A stretch of 64,000 nt of DNA, from the NCBI GenBank assembly GCA_017447805.1, contig JAFSMR010000001.1, positions 36,371 to 100,370 of the forward strand. Direction: 5' to 3'. Position 1 is the stretch's first letter. Every line of letters starts with the position of its first letter. Below the pieces are notes generated by a model. The model searched no databases. It was not told the DNA's origin and was given only the letters and a program-made list of their open reading frames with translations. This DNA comes from Kiritimatiellia bacterium (GTDB taxonomy: Bacteria > Verrucomicrobiota > Kiritimatiellia > RFP12 > UBA1067). A program made the position numbers and the translations under genes. This document shows positions 1 to 10,066 of the stretch, one piece after another.

Positions 1-293
1 ATGCGCCGGGCAAGCAACGCTTGGCCGATCGTATTATTGATCTTATGCGCGCCAGTATGATTAAGGTCTTCCCTCTTCAAGATAATCTGCGCGCCGCCGA
101 GATGTTCGCTAAGACGCCGCGCGCAGGTAATCGGACTTTCCCTGCCTACGTAATCACGCAAAATTTCATGAAATTCGCGCTGGAAAGATTCGTCCCCCGT
201 AGCCTCTTCGTAAGCCGCCTCGAGTTCTTTAAGCGGCGCCATCAATGTTTCGGCGACATATTGTCCACCATATATTCCATAATGTGTATTCAT
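1..293 (-). CDS. trpB: tryptophan synthase beta chain (N-terminal part, truncated by window edge)
   Basis: Minus-strand translation from 293 downward gives [31 protein letters not shown]...[48 protein letters not shown], a canonical TrpB N-terminus. Start ATG overlaps the trpC stop (ATGA). Not in the ORF track because it runs off the window. Confidence 0.85.
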   Translation of the reverse strand, partial: MNTHYGIYGGQYVAETLMAPLKELEAAYEEATGDESFQREFHEILRDYVGRESPITCARRLSEHLGGAQIILKREDLNHTGAHKINNTIGQALLARR

Positions 294-1045
294 TGTTTTT
301 CGTTTTTTAGGTTTGAAAGAATTTTCGCGAGCGCTTCGCCGGGATTATCCGAGCGCATTAGAGCCGTGCCTACCAAAAACGCATCGGCGCCGGCGTCTCG
401 CGCTCGCGCAATCGCCGCGGCATCGTGCATACCGGATTCCGCGACCTTGAAAAAGCCGCAGGGAATTTTCGCGATGAGTTTTTCTAGCAGCGTTACATCG
501 CAAGAAAAATTCCGCAAGTTCCGGCAATTCACGCCGATTATACGCGCGCCGGAATCTATGGCGAGATCGATTTCTTTTTCCGAATGCGTCTCGACCAAGG
601 CGTCAAGTCCGATTTCATGCGCTAGCACAATTAGATTTTCGAGCTGCACTTTCTCTAGCGCGGCCGCAATCAACAGCACTGCGTTGGCGCCGGCGGCGAA
701 TGCTTCGGCTATTTGCCTAGGTGTCGAAATAAAATCTTTGTATAGAAGAGGCAACTTGGTATTGGCTCTTACAGCACGAAGATATTCTTCGCTTCCCATG
801 AAACGATGCGGCTCGCATAAAACGGAAAGCGCCGCGGCGCCAGCCTCTTCCAGAGATTTGGCAAGCTCCAAAGGCTTGAAATCGCCGCGAATCAAACCTT
901 CGGAAGGACTCGCCTTCTTGAGTTCCGCTATGATGGAAATTCCATCTTTCGCTATGGCCTTCCCAAAACGCCCTCCTTGCGAATTTTTGCGCTCAAGCGC
1001 ATCATTGCGCCTAATGGCAATCAATTCCTCGAGTATATCGCTCAT
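290..1045 (-). CDS. trpC: indole-3-glycerol phosphate synthase
   Basis: 251-aa ORF with a TrpC/IGPS-like sequence ([13 protein letters not shown]..., PLLYKDFI). Overlaps the trpG-D stop by 4 bp. Confidence 0.9.
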   Translation of the reverse strand: MSDILEELIAIRRNDALERKNSQGGRFGKAIAKDGISIIAELKKASPSEGLIRGDFKPLELAKSLEEAGAAALSVLCEPHRFMGSEEYLRAVRANTKLPLLYKDFISTPRQIAEAFAAGANAVLLIAAALEKVQLENLIVLAHEIGLDALVETHSEKEIDLAIDSGARIIGVNCRNLRNFSCDVTLLEKLIAKIPCGFFKVAESGMHDAAAIARARDAGADAFLVGTALMRSDNPGEALAKILSNLKNEKQ

Positions 1046-2652
1046 TTTACAGCCTCCAGCAAGCCCCTCAATTTTGTGAACGCGCGACCAGAATCAATCG
1101 ATTCGGCCGCGAGCATAAGCGCGTGACGGTAATCTTTGGCCTTGCCGCCAACAAGAATCGCCGCAGCTGCATTTTCTATCGCCGAAGCGCGATAGGCGCC
1201 GCGCAATTCTCCACGCAATACGCCTGTAAGGATTTTCGCGTTCTCTTTCGCGTCACCCCCTCTTATCGCTTCGACTCCGAATCGCTCGCCATATTCCTTG
1301 CCGACATCCAATAACTTGTTGCGCACAAGCCCCTCTTCCAGCGATGCGACAAACGTAAAACCTTCTGGGCTTACCTCGTCTATTCCGCCTGCGCCCGCGA
1401 CCACGAGCGAGCGCACCGAACCAAGCCTCAGTAGCGCATTTGCCAAAAGCCCGGAAAGCTTTTCGTCTGGAACGCCTATTACCTGCCTCTTCGCGCCTGC
1501 CGGATTCGTAAGCGGCCCGAGAAGATTAAAGAGAGTCCTGAAGCCAAGCGTACGCCTTACACCTGCGGCAAAACGCATTGCAGGATGCATCTCTTTGGCA
1601 AACAGAAAACCGATCCCGACTGTTCGTATAGCACGCTCGACGGCTAACCTGGAAGCCGAAAGATTAAGACCAAGCTCACGCAATACATCCGCCGAGCCGC
1701 ACTTTGAAGTAGAAGCCACATTGCCGTGCTTGGCAATGATTACCCCCGCACCTGCGGCGATAAAAGCAGCGGCCGTAGATACATTAAACGTATTGGCGCC
1801 ATCTCCGCCGGTTCCGACTATATCGACGACATCCAAATCAGCGACATCCAATTTAACTCCCGCGCCCGACATCGCCCGCGCCGCGCCAACAAGCATATCT
1901 ACGCAAACAGGCGCCTTGGCTAATGCCGTCAAAAAGGCAGCGAGCTCTACTTCGCCGACTTCGCCGGACATGATGGCAGAAAAATATCCTTCGCTATCCT
2001 CTTCGTTCAAGTTATCGCCTTCGAGCAAACATGAAAGCAACGCTTTGCGCTTTTCCAAGCCAAGCGAATTTACTATGCGTTTATGGGTAATGGATGAAAT
2101 GAAATTCGCGAGCTGCTTAGCACCCTCCGGCGTGCCAATCGATTCTGGATGATATTGAAGCGATTCTATCGGCATAGTCTTATGCCTTAGGCCCATTATT
2201 TCGCCATCATCGCTTTCTGCGCTTATTTCCAATTCTTCCGGCAAGCTTGAGCGATCGACCGCGAGCGAATGATAGCGCATGGCCGCGAAGCCTTGATCAA
2301 GACCACAGAACAATCCCTTGCCATCGTGCCTTATGCGGCTTGTCTTGCCGTGCATCAGAGATTTTGCATGAACGATTTTTGCGCCAAACGCCTGCGCGAT
2401 CGCTTGATGTCCAAGGCATATTCCGAGCAGCGGAATTTTCCCTGCGAATGCTTTGATCGCCTCGAGCGTCACTCCGGCGGAATCCGGCGTGCCGGGCCCT
2501 GGCGACAAAACGATCGCCTCGGGTTTTAACGCGGCTATTTCCTCTATTGTTATTTTGTCGTTTCGCGCGACTTTCACCTCTACTTCCAGCGCTCGCATCA
2601 TTTGCACCAGATTGTAGGTAAACGAATCGTAATTATCAATCATCAGTATCAT
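1042..2652 (-). CDS. trpGD: anthranilate synthase component II / anthranilate phosphoribosyltransferase fusion (TrpG-TrpD)
   Basis: 536 aa. N-terminus is a class-I glutamine amidotransferase (GICLGHQAIAQAFG). C-terminus is TrpD (GTGGDGANTFNVSTAAAFIAAGAGV...KHGN). Overlaps trpE by 4 bp. Confidence 0.9.
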   Translation of the reverse strand: MILMIDNYDSFTYNLVQMMRALEVEVKVARNDKITIEEIAALKPEAIVLSPGPGTPDSAGVTLEAIKAFAGKIPLLGICLGHQAIAQAFGAKIVHAKSLMHGKTSRIRHDGKGLFCGLDQGFAAMRYHSLAVDRSSLPEELEISAESDDGEIMGLRHKTMPIESLQYHPESIGTPEGAKQLANFISSITHKRIVNSLGLEKRKALLSCLLEGDNLNEEDSEGYFSAIMSGEVGEVELAAFLTALAKAPVCVDMLVGAARAMSGAGVKLDVADLDVVDIVGTGGDGANTFNVSTAAAFIAAGAGVIIAKHGNVASTSKCGSADVLRELGLNLSASRLAVERAIRTVGIGFLFAKEMHPAMRFAAGVRRTLGFRTLFNLLGPLTNPAGAKRQVIGVPDEKLSGLLANALLRLGSVRSLVVAGAGGIDEVSPEGFTFVASLEEGLVRNKLLDVGKEYGERFGVEAIRGGDAKENAKILTGVLRGELRGAYRASAIENAAAAILVGGKAKDYRHALMLAAESIDSGRAFTKLRGLLEAVK

Positions 2653-4070
2653 TGCAATTCCTCCGCGAATTTTACGGCCTCAAAAACGGCCTTTGCTTTA
2701 TTGATCGTCTCTTCATATTCTTTCTCGGCAATCGAATCTGCTACAATGCCGGCGCCTGCGCGAATAGAAAGAATCTCGCCCACCTTTACGAGAGTCCTGA
2801 TTACAATCGCCAAATCCATGTCGCCGGTGTACGAGAAATATCCTGCGGCGCCGCCATACACGCCTCTAGGGGATTTCTCGAACTCTGCAATAAGCTCCAT
2901 TGCTCTTACTTTCGGCGCGCCGGATAACGTGCCGGCCGGGAATGCCGCCTTGACAAGATCGAAAGCATCGTATCGCGAATCAAGTACGCCCTTTACATCG
3001 CTGACTAAATGCATTACATGCGAATAGCGCTCTATTCTCGCGAGGTTTTCTACGCGGACGCTTGCTGTTTCGCATACGCGCCCTAAATCGTTTCTTCCTA
3101 AATCCACAAGCATTACATGCTCGGCGTTTTCTTTTTCATCGCCTTTCAACTCGCGCTCGAGCGCCGCATCTTCGGCAATAGTCTTGCCTCTCGGACGAGT
3201 CCCGGCGATAGGCGAAGTGGAAGCCGTGCGCCCCGAAAGCTTGACGAGCTCTTCCGGCGACGAACCTATAAGAGTCTTATTGCCGATTCGCATGAAGAAG
3301 TTGTACGGCGAAGGATTTATCGCTCGCAATGAACGATACAAAGAAAGCGAAGATACGCTAGAGCGCGCAGTGAATTTCTGTGAAGGCACGATTTGTATAA
3401 CTTCGCCCGCACGGATTGCCGCCTTGCATTTTTCGACCATTTCGCAAAATTCTTCGCGCGTCATTTCAGAGCGGAAACTTTCCGATTCGCCTTTGGATTC
3501 TTCCCTCTCCCTCGCGACGGTGGAAGCAATAGATTCGGCGCTTAATATCTTTTTGTGGATTCTCGATATTTCCGACATCGCAAATTCGTATGCATCCGGC
3601 CGCGCTGTATCTGCGATTACGACAATTGTGACAGTTAGCGTTACATTATCGAAAATGAGGAATTTATCGCATACGAGAAAAGCCATATCCGGAGTATTGT
3701 TTTCCGGTTCCAGCTTTAGGCGCGGCTCGAAGATTCTGACCGCCTCATACGAAATATATCCAACCGCGCCGCCTTGAAATTCCGGCAGCTCGCTTGCTCT
3801 AACATATCTCAAATCAGAGAAAGCTTTCTTCATCCTTTCAAGCGCATCGCCGCCTTCTATGCGCAAGCCCGGCTCTATTCCCAAAAATGAATAGCGCCCG
3901 CGCGCCTCGCCTAACGCCACACTTTCCAAAAGGAACGCTTCTTCCTCTTCTTTTAGACGCGATAGCGCGGCGACGGGCGTCTCGCGGTCTGCGAGATACT
4001 CCTTGAATACGGCAACGCGATCGGCGTTTGCCGAGCGGCGCTCGTATTCCTCTTTCGTTAATAGCTTCAT
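2649..4070 (-). CDS. trpE: anthranilate synthase component I
   Basis: 473 aa with chorismate-binding enzyme signatures (LLESV...RYSF, GAAGYFSYTGDMDLAIVIRT). First gene of the trp operon. Confidence 0.9.
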   Translation of the reverse strand: MKLLTKEEYERRSANADRVAVFKEYLADRETPVAALSRLKEEEEAFLLESVALGEARGRYSFLGIEPGLRIEGGDALERMKKAFSDLRYVRASELPEFQGGAVGYISYEAVRIFEPRLKLEPENNTPDMAFLVCDKFLIFDNVTLTVTIVVIADTARPDAYEFAMSEISRIHKKILSAESIASTVAREREESKGESESFRSEMTREEFCEMVEKCKAAIRAGEVIQIVPSQKFTARSSVSSLSLYRSLRAINPSPYNFFMRIGNKTLIGSSPEELVKLSGRTASTSPIAGTRPRGKTIAEDAALERELKGDEKENAEHVMLVDLGRNDLGRVCETASVRVENLARIERYSHVMHLVSDVKGVLDSRYDAFDLVKAAFPAGTLSGAPKVRAMELIAEFEKSPRGVYGGAAGYFSYTGDMDLAIVIRTLVKVGEILSIRAGAGIVADSIAEKEYEETINKAKAVFEAVKFAEELQ

Positions 4071-4118
4071 CTTTATTCTTCCTTCTCGAGTTTAGTTTAT
4101 GTTGTTGAATTTCTTAAT

Positions 4119-4156
4119 ATGCTAAAAGACCGAATCCCTTGCTTTGGATTCGGTCC
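4119..4156 (-). terminator. trp attenuator intrinsic terminator (hairpin gaccgaatccc/ggattcggtcc followed by a U-run on the minus strand)
   Basis: 10-11 bp GC-rich inverted repeat 4128-4138 / 4146-4156. The minus-strand transcript continues with UUUUAGCAUAUU. It sits between the leader peptide stop and the trpE start. Confidence 0.6.
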
Positions 4157-4193
4157 TTACCCCTTTCAGGTTTGGCGTTGAATGTCTTTTTCT

Positions 4194-4274
4194 TTACGAA
4201 GCAATCATGCGCCATGCAGAACCGAATCCGCACGGCCACCACCAATACTTGTTCATAATGACTACTTCGTTCAT
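4194..4274 (-). CDS. trpL: trp operon leader peptide, 26 aa, MNEVVIMNKYWWWPCGFGSAWRMIAS
   Basis: Short minus-strand ORF about 15 nt downstream of a consensus promoter. It has three consecutive TGG codons plus a fourth Trp. It is followed by an intrinsic terminator upstream of trpE. Confidence 0.6.
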   Translation of the reverse strand: MNEVVIMNKYWWWPCGFGSAWRMIAS

Positions 4275-4284
4275 AACGCCGCGT

Positions 4285-4314
4285 ATTGTATCATATTTCC
4301 CCGCCCGCCGTCAA
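4285..4314 (-). promoter_or_regulatory. sigma70-type promoter of the trp operon (-35 TTGACG, 18-bp spacer, extended -10 TGaTACAAT)
   Basis: Read on the minus strand: ccccTTGACGgcgggcggggaaataTGaTACAATacgcggcg. The leader peptide ATG is 11 nt downstream of the -10. Confidence 0.6.
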
Positions 4315-4327
4315 GGGGGAAAATGAA

Positions 4328-4366
4328 GTTCAGATGTTCAGAAGTTCAGATGTTCAGAGGTTCAGG
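4328..4366. repeat. 5 tandem copies of an 8-bp unit (N)GTTCAGA immediately upstream of the trp promoter -35 and overlapping the dus stop
   Basis: gttcagaTgttcagaAgttcagaTgttcagaGgttcag seen directly in the sequence. Confidence 0.8.
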
Positions 4367-5208
4367 GCGATACGAAATTCGTCTAGCGTTCGGGCGAGTT
4401 TCACGATTGGCCAAAGACGGCGATAGCGCGGCAACTCTTTCCAATAGCTGGCGAGCTCTTTCATTCTGCCTAGAACAGCGCGTGGCGAACCAAGCTCCTT
4501 AAGCGAATTTTCTATATATTTTTCGACAAGCTCGTTTGAATTTTCCCTCTCTCCAAGCGAACGGATAAAGGAGCGGCCAATCATTAGATATTCTTTCGGC
4601 CAGTCGAAATCGTCGATTGGCGCGTCTCCATTATAGATTAGCGGCACTTTTGCATTGCTCGCTATTTCTTTGAATTCTTCGAGGTGAACATTGCCGCAAT
4701 ACATTTCTTTTGCGGTTCTCGAATGAACGGTAAGATAGCGAAGTGGGAAATCATTGATAAGCGGCATAAGAGCTTTCAGTTCATTCGGCGAATCTATTCC
4801 AAGACGAGTCTTGACGGAAAATCTTCCTTCGCCCATTATAGATACCCCAACGCTCATCATCTCCGCGAGGAGCTTCGGGTTTTTCAACAACCCCGAGCCG
4901 CGTCCTTTGTTTCTGACCATCGGGAAAGGACACCCCGCGTTCAAATCGGCGGTATCATAACCTTTTTCGCGAATTTTCTCTAAACAGAATTTCAGCGCAT
5001 CGGGGTCCTTGCCGATGAATTGCGGCGTAACTTTAATCGAGGGGATTTCCTCCCCTCGACCAAGTTCGCGATCTTTCAGCGGATTTACCCCGGCGTTCGC
5101 GGTTATGAAAGGCGTGATAGCCTCTGTAAAGCCCGCTTCGGCGATTTCATGCGAAAAGGTAGCTCTAAAGCACCTAATCGTAACACCCCTCAGCGGCGCG
5201 AGAATCAT
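4354..5208 (-). CDS. dus: tRNA-dihydrouridine synthase family protein
   Basis: 284 aa with the Dus-family flavin TIM-barrel motif LNAGCPFPMV. Start overlaps the accA stop by 4 bp. Confidence 0.8.
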   Translation of the reverse strand: MILAPLRGVTIRCFRATFSHEIAEAGFTEAITPFITANAGVNPLKDRELGRGEEIPSIKVTPQFIGKDPDALKFCLEKIREKGYDTADLNAGCPFPMVRNKGRGSGLLKNPKLLAEMMSVGVSIMGEGRFSVKTRLGIDSPNELKALMPLINDFPLRYLTVHSRTAKEMYCGNVHLEEFKEIASNAKVPLIYNGDAPIDDFDWPKEYLMIGRSFIRSLGERENSNELVEKYIENSLKELGSPRAVLGRMKELASYWKELPRYRRLWPIVKLARTLDEFRIALNL

Positions 5209-6077
5209 TCGTAGAAATTACCCATTTTGCGAAGTTTCGCGTAGCGCTTTTCGACGAGCTCGTCGACCGGTATAGCCGCAAGCTCCTTAAGCGCAACTTT
5301 AAGCGACTTCTTCACATATTCGCAAGCGGCCTTGATATTTTTCTGTGCGCCGCCGGCGGGTTCTTTTACGATTTCATCGATGATGCCGAGTTTTTCGAGA
5401 TCGCTCGCGGTAATCTTCAGGGCTTCTGCGGCTTCCGGCGCTTTCGTGCCATCGCGCCACAAAATTCCCGCGCACCCTTCCGGCGAAATCACGGAATAAA
5501 CAGCATTTTCCAGCATCAGCACTTTATCGCCGACGGCAATCGCGAGCGCACCGCCCGAGCCGCCTTCGCCCGTCACTACGATAATTACCGGGGTCTTCAA
5601 AAGCGCAAATACCTCGAGCGATTTCGCAATCGCCTCGGCTTGTCCGCGCTCCTCGGCTTCGCGCCCGGGATATGCGCCGGGGGTATCGACAAAAGTGATG
5701 ATTGGATTATGGAATTTCCCGGCAAGACGCGCTAAGCGCATGGCTTTACGATAGCCATCGGGATTCGCCATACCGAAATTCGCTTCCATATTTTCTTCGA
5801 CTGTCGCGCCCTTGTTGTGGCCGAGAATGAGTACATTCACGCCATCAAGCGAACCAAAGCCGCCGACAAGCGCTCTATCATCATTTACAAGCCTATCGCC
5901 ATGAAGCTCTTCGAAATCATCGAAAATATTTTCGATGAAATCTTTGAGGTGAGGTCTCTTCGGGTCGCGAGCGAGTTTAACGCGGTCCATCGCGGTGACT
6001 TTCACAGGCGCCTTAGCCGCCTTTGCCTCCGCTTTCTTAGGAGCTTTTGCCTTGGTTTTCGTATCGGTCTTTTTCAT
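5205..6077 (-). CDS. accA: acetyl-CoA carboxylase carboxyltransferase subunit alpha
   Basis: AccA signatures (GHNKG, GAYPGREAEERGQAEAIA, GEGGSGGALA). A Lys/Ala-rich 29-aa N-terminal extension precedes the conserved core. The true start may instead be the internal Met at aa 30. Confidence 0.85.
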   Translation of the reverse strand: MKKTDTKTKAKAPKKAEAKAAKAPVKVTAMDRVKLARDPKRPHLKDFIENIFDDFEELHGDRLVNDDRALVGGFGSLDGVNVLILGHNKGATVEENMEANFGMANPDGYRKAMRLARLAGKFHNPIITFVDTPGAYPGREAEERGQAEAIAKSLEVFALLKTPVIIVVTGEGGSGGALAIAVGDKVLMLENAVYSVISPEGCAGILWRDGTKAPEAAEALKITASDLEKLGIIDEIVKEPAGGAQKNIKAACEYVKKSLKVALKELAAIPVDELVEKRYAKLRKMGNFYE

Positions 6078-6098
6078 TTTTCGTTACTCCTAAATTTA

Positions 6099-6929
6099 TC
6101 AAAATCCCCAAAATGCGAGCATCTTCGCGATAAATCCCTTGAGGTTTTTGCGCTCGACGATCTTATCGATGAAGCCATGCTTTTCGAGATATTCGGCAGA
6201 TTGGAAATCGGCCGGCAATTTCTGATGAATCGTATTCTCGATGACGCGGCGGCCGGCAAAGCCGATTAGCGCCTTGGGTTCGGTTACATTGATATCGCCG
6301 AGCATTGCGTAAGAAGCAGAAACGCCGCCGGTCGTCGGGTCGGTGAGAACCGAGATATAAGGCAGCCCCGCCTCTTTCAGCTTGCCGATCGCCGCAGAAG
6401 TCTTGGCCATCTGCATTAGAGAGACAATTCCCTCATGCATTCTCGCGCCGCCAGAAGCCGAAAAGAGAATCAACGGCCGCCTCTCTTCAATCGCCTGCTC
6501 GCATGCACGCGCAATTCGCTCGCCCGTGCCGGAGCCAAGGCTGCCGCCCATGAATGCGAAATCCATGATTCCGAGCATCGCTTTATGACCGGAAATCTCG
6601 CAAGTTCCCATTACGATAGATTCTTTTTCGCCGGTCTTTGCAATCGTAGCTTCGACTTTTTCTTTGTAAGGACCGGTTGCATCGTGGAAATCGAGATGAT
6701 CGGAATAGCTTACTTCGCGGAATACTTCGGCAAACGAACCTTCATCGGCGATTTGCGCAATCCTCTCGCGTGCACTCAGGCGCCCGTGATAATTACACTT
6801 CGGGCAAATCGCGTTATTCGATTTCCACACGGCTTTCGGCATGTGGCTGGAGCACTTCGGGCATATCGCCCATAATGCCTTTGCCGGCGGAATCTTTGGC
6901 TTTTCTTCTTTCTTTACGAACCAACTCAT
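6099..6929 (-). CDS. accD: acetyl-CoA carboxylase carboxyltransferase subunit beta
   Basis: N-terminal C4 zinc ribbon (CPKCSSH...CPKCNYH) followed by the carboxyltransferase domain (GGSLGSGTGE). Confidence 0.9.
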   Translation of the reverse strand: MSWFVKKEEKPKIPPAKALWAICPKCSSHMPKAVWKSNNAICPKCNYHGRLSARERIAQIADEGSFAEVFREVSYSDHLDFHDATGPYKEKVEATIAKTGEKESIVMGTCEISGHKAMLGIMDFAFMGGSLGSGTGERIARACEQAIEERRPLILFSASGGARMHEGIVSLMQMAKTSAAIGKLKEAGLPYISVLTDPTTGGVSASYAMLGDINVTEPKALIGFAGRRVIENTIHQKLPADFQSAEYLEKHGFIDKIVERKNLKGFIAKMLAFWGF

Positions 6930-6965
6930 TTTTCGACTCCCCTTTTAGGTCCTTTATTCGTATTA

Positions 6966-7523
6966 TTACATCGGAATGAAAATTATTCCGTAAAGCGAGG
7001 CATCCTTGCCGCCATACGCTTTCACGCCGTGGGTCACGACCGAATTGTAGTAGGCCGTATCGCCAGGGTTCAGGATATATTTGTCGCGCCCGTACAAAAG
7101 CTCGATTTGGCCAGAGACGCAAATCAAGAATTCCTCGCCTTCATGGGCCGAGAACATATCTTCACCATCCGCAGGGAATTCATAGAAGAACGGCTCCATG
7201 TGACGATCGGGCTTGCCGAAGGCGAGCGAGCGACAGACATAGCCGTGGGATTTTACCGTATCAACCGGCGCGGTTTGATCTTCGCCCTTGCGCGAAATCA
7301 CGGGATCCGGCTTGAATTGGTCGTCCATAAACGTTCCAAGCCTCTGACCAAGCGCACGCGAAATTTTGATTAGAATACCTATTGCCGGTATTACTTCGCC
7401 GGCCTCGATTGCGACGAGGACTTTCTCATCGACGCCGCTCTTTTCCGAAAGATCCGCAAGCGTCAGGTTTTGCTCTTCACGATATTTCCTAACTCTCACT
7501 CCGACCTTTTTCTCGACTCCCAT
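6966..7523 (-). CDS. XRE-family HTH transcriptional regulator with C-terminal cupin domain
   Basis: N-terminal HTH_3-like sequence (VRKYREEQNLTLADLSEKSGV). C-terminal cupin-like beta region. Confidence 0.7.
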   Translation of the reverse strand: MGVEKKVGVRVRKYREEQNLTLADLSEKSGVDEKVLVAIEAGEVIPAIGILIKISRALGQRLGTFMDDQFKPDPVISRKGEDQTAPVDTVKSHGYVCRSLAFGKPDRHMEPFFYEFPADGEDMFSAHEGEEFLICVSGQIELLYGRDKYILNPGDTAYYNSVVTHGVKAYGGKDASLYGIIFIPM

Positions 7524-7569
7524 ATATTTACCTTTCTGCTTTGCCCACCGTGTGGACTTTGAAATTCTT

Positions 7570-10035
7570 TTAGTTCTTCTTCTCTTTTTGTTGCACTTTT
7601 GCGCCTTCGCCCGATTTTAGAGCTTCTTCCTTGGCGATTCTCGCATCTTCAAGCTGGCGCTTTGTTTCGAGAACCGCCGCCGAATCCGGTATAAGCTCGA
7701 GCGCGTGCTTTACATTGACTTCGGCCGCGTCGAATTTACCCTGTTCGATTTGGACCATTGCGAGATTGTTGTATATCGCCGCGGGCTGATCGTTGCGAAT
7801 CAGGCATTGCTTTAGATACGTCTCGCAAAGAGCAAGCTTGCCCTGGCGCTGATAATACATGGCCATGCACCAATTCGCATCCGGGTCGTCCGGGTCGCCT
7901 TCGAGAATCATGCGCGCGAATTCGCTGCCGACTTCGAAATCGGCCCTGACCAGCGCCAGATGCAGAATTTCGCGCGGCGTAGGCCTTGCTTTCATCTGAT
8001 CCATACGCCTGCGGACGACTTCCCTCAAGGCTTCTTGATATTTGGCGTTCAGTTTTTCGAGCTTGCGATATTTTTCGCGGTTGGCCAGCGAAATATCCAC
8101 GAGCCCTTGGTTCGCATACCAATCTGAACGGTATAGGCACATTCTGCCAAGGCGCCACATTACGTTGCAAAAAGCATCCTTCAACGATTTATCGGTGCAG
8201 TCGCCATAGCTGGAACTCGCGAGCACAATTGCGCGATCTTCAAAATCTTTCGCCCTCCTTTCGGCAGCGAGACGCTTTTCTTCATCTTTCGAAGTCGGCA
8301 ACGAAAGCATGCCGCCGACGGGTGGCAAGGGCTTGCCATCGCGAATCCAAAGATCGAAGCCGACCTGCACCGCGACATTGGTCAAATTTGCCGGCTTATC
8401 GTGAATCCACGTCCTTAGACCCATCGCGCTATCGAATTTGAAAGAATCGTAATCTTCGCGGTTCTTGGGGTCTAGACCGCGCGTCCTGAGATATTCGGCG
8501 TTCGGCTCCAGCGCGAAAAGCGAATAGCAATAGAGTTTTTTGCCGCGCGCGAGGCTTTCGATTTCGATTGCGTTATCGAGTTTGCCGTCGGAAAAGAGAA
8601 TCATCCGGTCTTCCGCCTCTTCAACCGTAGCGCGAACAGTATCGCCGACAAGCGCCAGCATCTGGCGAGTTTTTTCTTTCTTGCGCCCGGGGATAACCGC
8701 GGCGATAAGCATCAGCGGGACGATTACGACACCTAATTTTCTCAAGATTTCAGCAACCGTCAAGCTCATTACGTGCTCATCGGTACCATCATCCTCATCC
8801 TCTGCGACGCTGAAATATTTTTTTGCCAGCTTATTGTGGTCGCGGCAAAGCCCGTCTACGCCAAGAATCGTGACGGAGCAGGCGACCGTCAAGACGCACA
8901 TCAGCGAGCAGAGCGAAAGCAAGTAGCCCGAATTGACGTCTACATGGGTCCAAAACCAAAGTTGCGGAATAGAAGCGCACTGCGAAAACGCCAGAATGCC
9001 GCAGAACAGAAATACTATGCCCGTTGAATAGGATAGAAAACTCTCTTCATCCGCCGCAACGGAAAAGCGCACTATCGAAACGACGAAAGGACCGATTGCG
9101 AAGCCCAGGAGCAAAATCCAGCCCGCGAGGCTTGCCGCGCCGGTCGCGCCGGAGACATAATTTTGGGCGTATTTCAGCGGCAGATCGCCGACACTCAAGC
9201 CGCCGGGGATGAGGCCACCGCATTTTATGAACGTAACGCAGTTTATTCCCACGCCAAGGAGAATGGCGAACATCAAGAAGAATGTCATGTGCCACTTGCC
9301 GACTTCGATAAGCGCCGGCTTGAAGAATGGCGATTCGAGATTCGGCAAAACCTTGATTACGAAAAAGTTCAGGGCGATAAAGAGCAATGTAATGGCGATT
9401 CCTGCCGGAGAATCGGCGATAAGCAACCCGAGCAGCGCCGCGCAGATATAGGAATACCTAAGAAGCCCCTTGCGCAAAAAGGCGAAGAAAAATTCGATAG
9501 CGGCGACTGTAAGCGCGAGCAAAATTGTAGTCTCGCAGAAGAACTGGCCTGCGGCCCAAACGGGGTCGGATGCGGCAAAAGAAACAGCACCGATTGCTGC
9601 GGCTATTCTCATCACCAATTTGCGGCGCGGCGATCTCTGAGGCCTTGCGCGCATTACGAAGGTAAGCGCCTCGCGAAGGAACGAATAGACGAAAACCGTG
9701 ATTATCGCCAGCGTCACGTGCCCCATCAAGGCCAAAATCTTGTTCGCGTGAGCTACAGTAAAGATGGAATAAACCTGCGAAGCGATAGCCGTCCAAAGCC
9801 CTGGCACAATCGTGCTCGCAGGTCTTGCGCCCGATGCGACAGCCGCATCAGCCCATATTGACGGGCTCATTGCGGGGTAAGCCCAATATGTCTGGAAAAA
9901 CCAAACGCCAAAAGCGATTGCGCCGGCGAAGACAAAATCCAGCAAGCCGAGTTTCTCGGCTGCAGCGATTTCCTTCGCACGCTCCTTGTCTAAACTGTTC
10001 GTATCCTCGTCATCCCGGTCGTTCAACCTGCGCAT
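7570..10035 (-). CDS. large polytopic membrane protein with C-terminal TPR repeats (DUF2723/PMT-like putative glycosyltransferase)
   Basis: 821 aa. About 10 hydrophobic helices in the N-terminal 500 aa. C-terminal soluble TPR-like region (DPDANWCMAMYYQRQGKLALCETYLKQCL...). Confidence 0.5.
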   Translation of the reverse strand: MRRLNDRDDEDTNSLDKERAKEIAAAEKLGLLDFVFAGAIAFGVWFFQTYWAYPAMSPSIWADAAVASGARPASTIVPGLWTAIASQVYSIFTVAHANKILALMGHVTLAIITVFVYSFLREALTFVMRARPQRSPRRKLVMRIAAAIGAVSFAASDPVWAAGQFFCETTILLALTVAAIEFFFAFLRKGLLRYSYICAALLGLLIADSPAGIAITLLFIALNFFVIKVLPNLESPFFKPALIEVGKWHMTFFLMFAILLGVGINCVTFIKCGGLIPGGLSVGDLPLKYAQNYVSGATGAASLAGWILLLGFAIGPFVVSIVRFSVAADEESFLSYSTGIVFLFCGILAFSQCASIPQLWFWTHVDVNSGYLLSLCSLMCVLTVACSVTILGVDGLCRDHNKLAKKYFSVAEDEDDGTDEHVMSLTVAEILRKLGVVIVPLMLIAAVIPGRKKEKTRQMLALVGDTVRATVEEAEDRMILFSDGKLDNAIEIESLARGKKLYCYSLFALEPNAEYLRTRGLDPKNREDYDSFKFDSAMGLRTWIHDKPANLTNVAVQVGFDLWIRDGKPLPPVGGMLSLPTSKDEEKRLAAERRAKDFEDRAIVLASSSYGDCTDKSLKDAFCNVMWRLGRMCLYRSDWYANQGLVDISLANREKYRKLEKLNAKYQEALREVVRRRMDQMKARPTPREILHLALVRADFEVGSEFARMILEGDPDDPDANWCMAMYYQRQGKLALCETYLKQCLIRNDQPAAIYNNLAMVQIEQGKFDAAEVNVKHALELIPDSAAVLETKRQLEDARIAKEEALKSGEGAKVQQKEKKN

Positions 10036-10066
10036 AGTTTCTAATCCTTATATGGGTTGTCGGAAA

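Noticed and set aside
21-1079. 352-aa plus-strand ORF
   Set aside because: It is antisense to trpC and trpB, which have unmistakable conserved sequences. It has low-complexity Ala/Ser-rich composition.
9163-9861. 232-aa plus-strand ORF
   Set aside because: It is antisense inside the large membrane/TPR protein gene, with no motifs. Rejected in favour of the 821-aa minus-strand gene.
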